DNA of 64,000 nt from Histomonas meleagridis 2922-C6/04-290x. Lineage: Eukaryota; Protista; Parabasalia. Positions 56,338-64,000 of this stretch are shown here, piece after piece. Numbering within the stretch: position 1 is the first letter of the stretch; every line of letters starts with the position of its first letter. Both the position numbers and the translations under genes were made by a program. The notes under the pieces are model-generated. The model did no database searches. It worked only from the letters and a program-made list of their open reading frames with translations, and had not been told where the DNA came from. The DNA is taken from the NCBI GenBank assembly GCA_020184695.1, contig JAANOX010000249.1, forward strand, positions 1 through 64,000, in the 5' to 3' direction.

Positions 56338-59300
56338 TCAGTTATTCTTATCGAAGAATTTCCTGTAAAAACAAATCAAGTATATTGCCAAGTTGATTGG
56401 GTATATTCCGATTCCTTCCATTTCCTCGTTTATTCCGTTTCCTTTTCTAATTTTTATTAATATTAAATCATTAGCGATTGGCTTCAACAGAATCACAATT
56501 TGATTTCTCAGTTCTGCGTTATCGTTAAATGTATCAATTTCATTCCAAACGAAAACGATTTGATGTTTTTTCAAATTATTTGGACTCGACACAACTTTAA
56601 AATTAGGGACTCCGTGTAAATGATGTTGTGGATCAATAAAATGCTTTAAAAACGCATTAAACTTTGGCGTAATCTCTTCATAACATACAAATGTAATTGT
56701 TTCATTATTATTTTCATCAACAATTTCATTATCTTTTTCTTTTTCTTTTACTTCTTGTAATTCTTCATTCGAAAACAACTTTAAATAACAATAAAAATCT
56801 TCAAACATTACTTCGTTATCATTATCATTAACATTTTCGATTTGTTCATTTTCATTTATTTCATTTTCTTCACATTCATATTCATATTCATTTAAATTTA
56901 AGTCTTCAATGTCATGTAATTTAATATCACTTGCGCAGTTCATGAAAAAACTTCGAATTTCATTTTCGTTTTCATTTATTTTTGGCTCGTCGACATTGTT
57001 TTGATAATTATATTTAATATATTTTTGAGTTCTATTTTCCGATTTAATTGGCGTTATTTCGAATTGACATATTTTGTCTTGTTGTTTTGTTTCGACAACA
57101 AATGTATTCATGTTTTTTATCATAACTTTATGGAAACAATCTTGAAGACTATATAAAGCATATACATTATTATATTCATTTATATTTGTTTTAGGTTTAT
57201 AACTTAAAATAATTTTCGTAATTAATTCATTTAACGCATAAATTTTCTCTTTAGAAAAAATATTTACAAACTTCGAATTAAATTGTTTCCATAACCCAAA
57301 GAAATTATTATAAAATGAAATAACATCGGACATAAAATTCCCTAAAATCCATGTCATTATAATTGATGAAAATTGCATATATTTCGTTTTGAACTCTTGT
57401 TTAACAATTTCAAAAATAGATACAACTATAGTCTCTTCAAACTTTTGTGTGTCCATTAATTCTTTTAATTTATTATAATCTTCATTATAAGTCGAGAATT
57501 TCTCTTTCAGTTTATTGGTAACATTAATTTGATTATATACTGCATATGAATATAATATCATCAAATGACTTAATGTATGCATAAATGTCTTCTTACGATA
57601 AAGTAATCGTAAGACAACAATTGGTATTGTTTCGATTAGTTCGGGAAAACATGTAACTAAATCAAATGCTTTTAATGAATCATCTTTATTATTTGATAAC
57701 ATTTCTTCAATTAATAATGTCTCAATCGATAATAACAAGTCCTTAAATTGATGATTATGAATAATATCTTTGATAATACTTCCTAATGATTCAAATGATA
57801 TTATTTGCCATAAGTGTTGTGATGTTGTACATTTCTCTATAAGTCGAAAGATAGTTTCTAATAATGAATAAAATAATGGTCGTTTACATTTAGATTTTTG
57901 ACTCAGTTTAAAGATAATACGTAAAAATGTTATAATGATGGATTGATTAGTTGAAAATGGTATTAATTCTAAAATAGATTTCATGAAGTTTAACACTTGT
58001 TTATCATCCCAAGTTTTACATGAGATATAAAATGAATATTTATATAATGATATTTGAATTTCTTCAATCCCTAAAAATTTACTATTATCGATTATATAAT
58101 TAATTGGATCTTGAATGAGATTTTCAGTATCATAATCACCAAAATCTAAAAAGTAACACGAAAAAGTGACAGTGACTTGTGATACGAAAACTAAATACGA
58201 TTGATTAAAATATATAAAACTCATTACATCTTTAAAAATGTTTTGTAACATATCTAATGAAAAATCGCGAATGACAAATAAAAAATGAAAAACTAAGGAA
58301 TATGTTAAAAATGGTAATTTCGATTCAGAATGATCTTCTGTTAATTGTCGAAGTGTTTCATTTAAAATTGATGTGTAAATCGACGAATTACATCGAACAG
58401 AAACTAATTGCTGAACTAACCAGCTATAGATAATTAATACGTGACATGTCTTTGTCGTTAGAAATTGATTTAAAGCGGCCTTTTCTAACAAAACAAAAAA
58501 AATTGTGATCCATTTGACATCATATTTCAAAAAGATTTTTAAGAGCTTGTTGGCTTTATCAATGATAGTTTGGTTCACAATTGGCTTGTGGTTATATAAC
58601 GAAATTGAATTTGTGATTTTAGAACAATTGACAACTATTGGAAATTGATAAGTGTAAAATTGAATAATATAATCATAAAAATGTGGCGTGTTGGGGTCGA
58701 CAGAGTTTAATATGCTTAATGTACTGAAAATTATTTCTTCATGGTCAAGTAATAATAAGTCAGTTTTATCTTCAATGTATTTGCAGATTATTGGATAACA
58801 TAATGCGAAGATTTCGTTGTTTTGGGTATTGACTCGGAAATTTTTTGCTGGAGGTGGATACTTAAAATAAAATGGAAAAAATGAGCGAGAAAATATAATA
58901 ATCCAAATTGATTTTTGCTCTTGTGTAATATAGTCAAGCTCTTTGTTGTAACACGCTAGAAATTCACCATATTTGTTGTAAAATTTATAGCAATAATTTT
59001 CGCAAAAAGAACAAATAGATTCAATGACCTCATGATTATCAACTGTTAATATATTAAAAAGTATAGGCATGAGCATGGAAATAGTATTTTGCTCGCCAAC
59101 TTCCACTAAGAAAATTAATGTATAAATTACCCCTTTAATAGAACTTGTCCAATCAATATTTAGTTCATGTTTTCTCGAAACCCTGCGAACTTTTTCGAGT
59201 AAAGAAATTAATTTTTTGTTATTTTGTTTTGATTTTTTCCTTTTTGCTGAAATTATATAAGAATCTAATAAATTAGAAAATGAATCTGAGAGAACAGATA

Positions 59301-59367
59301 GTTGGTTTTCCTTGATTACACGACTTAAATCCTTGTAAGAAATGTCAAAATCAGGTCCTTTGTTCAT
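56338..59367 (-). CDS. Large helical protein with a degenerate Rap/Ral-GAP-like C-terminus (tuberin/RalGAP-like)
   Basis: 1009 aa. C-terminal HQIVFVWNE..NQIVILLKPI..LILIKI resembles the end of the RapGAP domain. Confidence 0.45.
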   Translation of the reverse strand: MNKGPDFDISYKDLSRVIKENQLSVLSDSFSNLLDSYIISAKRKKSKQNNKKLISLLEKVRRVSRKHELNIDWTSSIKGVIYTLIFLVEVGEQNTISMLMPILFNILTVDNHEVIESICSFCENYCYKFYNKYGEFLACYNKELDYITQEQKSIWIIIFSRSFFPFYFKYPPPAKNFRVNTQNNEIFALCYPIICKYIEDKTDLLLLDHEEIIFSTLSILNSVDPNTPHFYDYIIQFYTYQFPIVVNCSKITNSISLYNHKPIVNQTIIDKANKLLKIFLKYDVKWITIFFVLLEKAALNQFLTTKTCHVLIIYSWLVQQLVSVRCNSSIYTSILNETLRQLTEDHSESKLPFLTYSLVFHFLFVIRDFSLDMLQNIFKDVMSFIYFNQSYLVFVSQVTVTFSCYFLDFGDYDTENLIQDPINYIIDNSKFLGIEEIQISLYKYSFYISCKTWDDKQVLNFMKSILELIPFSTNQSIIITFLRIIFKLSQKSKCKRPLFYSLLETIFRLIEKCTTSQHLWQIISFESLGSIIKDIIHNHQFKDLLLSIETLLIEEMLSNNKDDSLKAFDLVTCFPELIETIPIVVLRLLYRKKTFMHTLSHLMILYSYAVYNQINVTNKLKEKFSTYNEDYNKLKELMDTQKFEETIVVSIFEIVKQEFKTKYMQFSSIIMTWILGNFMSDVISFYNNFFGLWKQFNSKFVNIFSKEKIYALNELITKIILSYKPKTNINEYNNVYALYSLQDCFHKVMIKNMNTFVVETKQQDKICQFEITPIKSENRTQKYIKYNYQNNVDEPKINENENEIRSFFMNCASDIKLHDIEDLNLNEYEYECEENEINENEQIENVNDNDNEVMFEDFYCYLKLFSNEELQEVKEKEKDNEIVDENNNETITFVCYEEITPKFNAFLKHFIDPQHHLHGVPNFKVVSSPNNLKKHQIVFVWNEIDTFNDNAELRNQIVILLKPIANDLILIKIRKGNGINEEMEGIGIYPINLAIYLICFYRKFFDKNN

Positions 59368-59594
59368 TTGCTTCCAAGAAAATTTAAGAGGAAATTTATC
59401 GTTATGTTATAAAATAACCGCAAATATCACATGTAGATAATGCAAACAATAAAAAACAATAAACGCGAACATTAAAACATGTAGAAAGAAATAATTACAA
59501 TAACTTCTCATCAAAAAATTATTTAAGCTAAAAGTTAGTCTTAGTTTAAAAAATTCAAGGGAACAATTTATTATTGATGAAATTTATTTAAATT

Positions 59595-59927
59595 TTATTT
59601 CTTACCTTTTCTTCCTTTTGGAGCTGCTTCAGCTTTTGGTGTTTCTTCAACAACTTCTTCCTTAGCTCCAGCTGGACGGCCATAAGCAACAAGTTTTGAG
59701 TGTTTGATAAGGCAAACAATCTTACCATCTGCTTCAAGTTGCTTTAAAACTTGACGAGCAACAGTAAGAGAAATTTTATAACGATCTGCAAGTTTAGATG
59801 GTGTGATGAGTTTACTACGTGGTACGGCTTTTTCTATCTCTTCTGCAACATCGTAAAGAAGGACTGTTGCCCAATCCCTTTTTTCCTTATTTGTGACCTT
59901 TGTCCACTTCTTCTTTACTTGTGGCAT
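59595..59927 (-). CDS. RPS25: 40S ribosomal protein eS25
   Basis: KKKWTK..EKAVPRSKLITPSKLADRYKISLTVARQVLKQL..KHSK. Confidence 0.95.
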   Translation of the reverse strand: MPQVKKKWTKVTNKEKRDWATVLLYDVAEEIEKAVPRSKLITPSKLADRYKISLTVARQVLKQLEADGKIVCLIKHSKLVAYGRPAGAKEEVVEETPKAEAAPKGRKGKK

Positions 59928-59933
59928 TCCAAA

Positions 59934-59938
59934 AAAGG
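59934..59938 (-). promoter_or_regulatory. CCTTT core-promoter element (Trichomonas Motif-5-like) just upstream of RPS25
   Basis: Minus strand reads GGCCTTTTTTGGAATG. CCTTT is known as a start-site element of T. vaginalis ribosomal-protein genes. Confidence 0.5.
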
Positions 59939-60472
59939 CCAGGATGTAAAGTATTGAAAACTGAGCAAAGCAAGTGAATTTTAATAAACAAAATTGTCTC
60001 TAAAGTTTGTATTGTGTCCAAACCATTAATTTAATCTCTCCCTCAACTGTTAAAATCACAACCATTTTAAGTTGCCAGCAATAATTGTAATATATAAATT
60101 TCTTTGTATGTAAATTTAGATTAAAAATCAAAATGAAAATGAAAAGAAAAAACACCAAAAGCATGAAACCGACAGGGAATTGCCTTAATTTTATCAATGA
60201 CCAAACTTTTTTGAGAATATTTATATTCTTTTCGTGAACATAATACATATTTTTATAAATAACAACTAAACCAGGAAAAAGGAAATGACATAATTAGTAC
60301 TATATTTTGCCGAATATTTACTCTTGTTTAAAGATATTATTACTCATATCTTCATTTTTTAATTTCAACACATTGATAAAATCTTATTTATAAAAAGTAT
60401 TACATGCCCTTTTTGCTTTCATTTTACCCTTTTTTTATAAATATGAAATCGATTTCTGTTTCACACATATAA

Positions 60473-62158
60473 TTGGGGTGCCCCTTATCCAAACAAGAGC
60501 TTCAAATGAAGCCGCCAAAAAAGGAAGTCAATAAACCCCAAATACTTGCGCCTCCCTTTCTTTGGCTATCATGTCCAAAAATGGGGAAGCCTATACAAGT
60601 TCCACGTTTTCCAAATTTTTTTCTAATTCCAATGAAAACTCCACTTCCGTCAAATCTTCAAAGGAGTGTTCCACCAAAAATGCAATGGACTATACAGAAA
60701 GCAGTTATGAAAGCCAGTAAATATCTAAATTTTCCTGAAATTTGTTATTACGTTTCTATTGATTTAACAAATGGAAAAGATTTAACTTCGCTTAGTGAAT
60801 GTAAACTCTCAAATGTAGTTCATTGGCATATTCCTATTCCAAATGATTATCCAGGCATTTCATTAAAAACATTTTGCGAAAAAATTTACAAAAACTTTGT
60901 TTCACCAGGTTATCCCCATGCCATTATGATTAGCTGTAACAATGGTTTCAATCGCACAGGTTTTGCCATCTCAGGATTTTTAATGTGGTCAAGTAATTAT
61001 TCCGCCAAAGAAGCCACAGAAATCTTTGCGCAGGCACGGCCACCAGGCATATTTTCCAAGGAGGCTATTCCACAGCTTAATAACTATCAAGGAAGTACAG
61101 ACGAATCATTTTTAGCAACAATATCACCATTACCAGATTGGGTCCATATGACTAATTTCACCAAAAATCGAAGTAAAATTGCACTTCCCACAGATTATAC
61201 TCCCACTTTTATACATAGTGGTGGAATCCTTGAAAAAGATCATGACAAAATTAAATCACTTGTCAACCTTCTACGGAGCAACTTAACGAAATATTTCAAG
61301 GGTAATCAAGTCGGAGGCTTTAAGCCTACCACTAATGTCTGGAAAAAGGAATATAAAGAAAATCTCATATCCAAATTTCCATTTCGTTGCACATATGTAC
61401 CACGTGGAACGCCGACTTTTTTTCTTTGTAATTCAACCGATTGTTTTTATGTCACTTCTGATTGTCTTCGATTTTGGAAATATGATGCCAATATCAAATG
61501 TCCATTGCCAATTGTTTGTACCAGCATATTAAGTTCGGTATCATTCACAGACGTATTATTTCTCACCGATTTGTTATTAATTGGTGATTTATCCATCAAA
61601 AACTACGACTTAGATATTCGATTATCTAAATTATGGCATGAAATCTTATCGAACATAACTGAAACGAAATCATTACAATTACGATTTAGAGCTGTTGGAC
61701 GATTATTGTCTGCAGACTCGATCTTTGAGGTTGTTGAAAAGATGTTCCAATATGAAGGGTTTAAATGTGATGGAATGTCGTTGATATCGAATGCATTTCC
61801 AGTCGGAATGCAATTGTTTGTGCCGATTCATCCTTCGTTTAAATTAAAATTCCTTTTGAACACTCCGCATGACGCTTTTTTATATGGGAGAAATGAGGGC
61901 GCAACTTATTTGTTTCCATGCTTTTATTTCCCTATAAAAGAAACACCGGAATTGGCGGAGTTGGATAAGTTGACTGTGAGATTCGAAATAGGTTTGCCGA
62001 ATATGAATTTGATACCAATTGCAATATGTGACGATGATGAAAATTGTGATTACGTGGAATATGTTAATGAGGTAATTAGGTTTTATAATGAGAATATGCT
62101 CCCACAAAAGGTTATTTCGGAATGCGTTAGAATCGAGAAAAGAAAAAATAAATTGTAA
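60473..62158 (+). CDS. mRNA capping-enzyme-like protein (Cys-type triphosphatase + degenerate guanylyltransferase domain)
   Basis: FFLIPMKTPL and ISCNNGFNRTG (metazoan HCTHGFNRTG-like). The GTase motif I position reads YVPRG instead of KxDG. Motif IV-like CDGM is present. Confidence 0.75.
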   Translation: MGCPLSKQELQMKPPKKEVNKPQILAPPFLWLSCPKMGKPIQVPRFPNFFLIPMKTPLPSNLQRSVPPKMQWTIQKAVMKASKYLNFPEICYYVSIDLTNGKDLTSLSECKLSNVVHWHIPIPNDYPGISLKTFCEKIYKNFVSPGYPHAIMISCNNGFNRTGFAISGFLMWSSNYSAKEATEIFAQARPPGIFSKEAIPQLNNYQGSTDESFLATISPLPDWVHMTNFTKNRSKIALPTDYTPTFIHSGGILEKDHDKIKSLVNLLRSNLTKYFKGNQVGGFKPTTNVWKKEYKENLISKFPFRCTYVPRGTPTFFLCNSTDCFYVTSDCLRFWKYDANIKCPLPIVCTSILSSVSFTDVLFLTDLLLIGDLSIKNYDLDIRLSKLWHEILSNITETKSLQLRFRAVGRLLSADSIFEVVEKMFQYEGFKCDGMSLISNAFPVGMQLFVPIHPSFKLKFLLNTPHDAFLYGRNEGATYLFPCFYFPIKETPELAELDKLTVRFEIGLPNMNLIPIAICDDDENCDYVEYVNEVIRFYNENMLPQKVISECVRIEKRKNKL

Positions 62159-62625
62159 ATGTTTATAATATATTTGTTTTATTTCTTTTTATATATTTTT
62201 GTGCAAAATGTAATTAAATGATTGAAAAATGAATTTATAAACTTAAAATTCTTTTATAAAAATAATATAGTTACCATCTAGTGAAAGCTGGCCACCAGTA
62301 AATTAATTCAAATTTTGTCTAGCTAATTGTATGTAGAAAAGAAGATCATTGATAATATTAATATTTCATTCATTAATTTTTACATATTATTTTACAAAAT
62401 ACCCATTATAAATATGCAATACATAAATTTAAAATAATGAAAAATGATTAAGAAAAAATCTTTCAAGAAGATATTAAATAAGTCACATATGGATTTATCA
62501 ATAGTTTTACATTGTTAATTATATGGATTACTTTCAATATATATAGCACATTAACAAAAATAAATTTTATAATTATTCCAAAGCAAACAAACAAATATAT
62601 AATTACAATTACTATTTAACTATTT

Positions 62626-63978
62626 CTACTGGAAAAGGTTCTCTACTGAATAACATCTCTGGAACTGTTTATCCGGCTCGAACAGCCTCATTTGGGGGTA
62701 TAGCTTTGCCAAGTCGAATGTTGCGAATTCCTCGATTTCCTCTTCCACGTTATCATTTGCCTTATACATCATTGACAGAGCAACTCCGATGATCGCTCCT
62801 ATTTCCTGCCTGTAAAATATTCCGTCCATCACCGACACCAACTTTCCGCTTGAGCAGTTTTGTATCTTTTGGAATGTCGGGAAAGACAAAATGAGCAAAG
62901 CGGCCGAAAAGTATCTCAAGAAGAGCCACGGCGTCTTCACGCACACCAACGCCTCCCATAGCCTTGCGATAGCCTCGGGCGAGAACGATCTTCCGTATGC
63001 CAATATGAAAGAGGAAATCAGAAAAGACAAATCGCCAAGTCCATTCGTACGAAGCCATTTCGAGCATGCGGGATGGAAATGGTCGATGATTGTCATGACT
63101 TGCGTGAGCTCTTTCTCTTGCATAACCATCATGTTCTCTGCAATTAATCCGCTCGAAATACGCTCAACAAATGCAGTGAAACACCAAAATGTTAACGCTT
63201 CAGCTTCTTCGAGTGTGAACGTGTCGTTAACATATGGAATGAAAATGGTCATAAAAATAGTAGCTAAGTCATTAAGGCCTTGCGTGTAGCGCACGTCCAA
63301 GTTCCACATGACAAAAGTACGCAAAACGTTGGTAAGTAAATTCATCCAATCAGAATATTGCTCAAGAATTTTCGGTGGATGTGTGCGTTTAACATCAACA
63401 CGGATGGTGGCAAAGGAATCTCGAGCAAGTTTAAAGTACTTAAGTTGTGTTTTGGACATACTTGACCATTGTAATTTAATGTTGTTATATTCTTTAATCC
63501 GACTGGCTAGAACTTCAGGTCGCCTCTTTGGGTCAAATGGTAAGATATTCAACAGAATTGGCCAGACAATGTGTCGAATCGTTGGTTCAATACCATGATT
63601 CTTAACGGTCGTCTTGAGCTCAGTTAATGATTTTAACTCTTTGATTTGTTCTAATGTAAGTGGGGTTTTTGTGAAGCTTTCGGAATGGATACCAAACTGT
63701 GATATAATGTGAAGATCAGGTTTGACAAATTCATATGGAATGGTGATGCCATTCATACTAAAATCAGGAGGAAGTATAATGTCGGAGTTCTCAACATTGA
63801 TTTCAAAAAGATGGTAATGATCCATGTTGGTTGTGTATGAGTCGATAATGAAATCAACTGCATTTTCAAGTGTGTTTTCCGATTCAGAAAGTTTGGGCAT
63901 TTGGTGGGTAATGGCAATGGTTTGCGCAAAAGCTAGAAGTTGATAAGATGAGTTAGGTGGGAAAAGAAATTGATGCAT
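62626..63978 (-). CDS. TBC-domain Rab-GAP
   Basis: IRHIVWPILL, IRVDVKRT (IxxDxxR finger), YTQGLNDL (YxQ finger) and TFWCF. Confidence 0.93.
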   Translation of the reverse strand: MHQFLFPPNSSYQLLAFAQTIAITHQMPKLSESENTLENAVDFIIDSYTTNMDHYHLFEINVENSDIILPPDFSMNGITIPYEFVKPDLHIISQFGIHSESFTKTPLTLEQIKELKSLTELKTTVKNHGIEPTIRHIVWPILLNILPFDPKRRPEVLASRIKEYNNIKLQWSSMSKTQLKYFKLARDSFATIRVDVKRTHPPKILEQYSDWMNLLTNVLRTFVMWNLDVRYTQGLNDLATIFMTIFIPYVNDTFTLEEAEALTFWCFTAFVERISSGLIAENMMVMQEKELTQVMTIIDHFHPACSKWLRTNGLGDLSFLISSFILAYGRSFSPEAIARLWEALVCVKTPWLFLRYFSAALLILSFPTFQKIQNCSSGKLVSVMDGIFYRQEIGAIIGVALSMMYKANDNVEEEIEEFATFDLAKLYPQMRLFEPDKQFQRCYSVENLFQ

Positions 63979-64000
63979 GCTAGAAGGATTAATGGTATTA

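Overview
AT-rich, gene-dense, essentially intron-free eukaryotic DNA from a parabasalid (Trichomonas/Tritrichomonas-like). The assignment rests on the parabasalid-type histone H3 tail, a hydrogenosomal-type NuoE, BspA-like LRR surface proteins and DUF3447-ankyrin genes. About 28 ordinary genes or gene remnants are present: SNM1-like nuclease, BEACH, VPS35-like, PLD-like, Rho-like, karyopherin, BspA x2, Nap1/Hem-like, H3/H4 pair, MyTH4-RhoGAP, Hsp110-like, DUF4838, CDC50, NuoE, HP1-like, RapGAP-like, RPS25, capping-enzyme-like and TBC. The standout feature is four DUF3447-ankyrin genes (13430-17369 +, 24409-26685 +, 49223-52440 +, 53336-55313 -). In them every ankyrin repeat is an intact, stop-free coding cassette (internal ones 87/90/96 nt), and each is preceded, at the same position in the D-x-x-x-T linker, by an AT-rich intervening sequence with no GT-AG ends. 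I counted 41 of these by hand. The D-to-T gaps are only 40, 60, 63, 80 or 120 nt, are built from about 20-nt subunits, often carry stops or shift the frame, and often fold into a hairpin. This looks like an uncharacterised system of non-canonical splicing, ribosomal bypassing or DNA-level cassette assembly acting on a hypervariable ankyrin receptor family. The mechanism cannot be decided from DNA alone. Family assignments come from motif recognition, not database searches.
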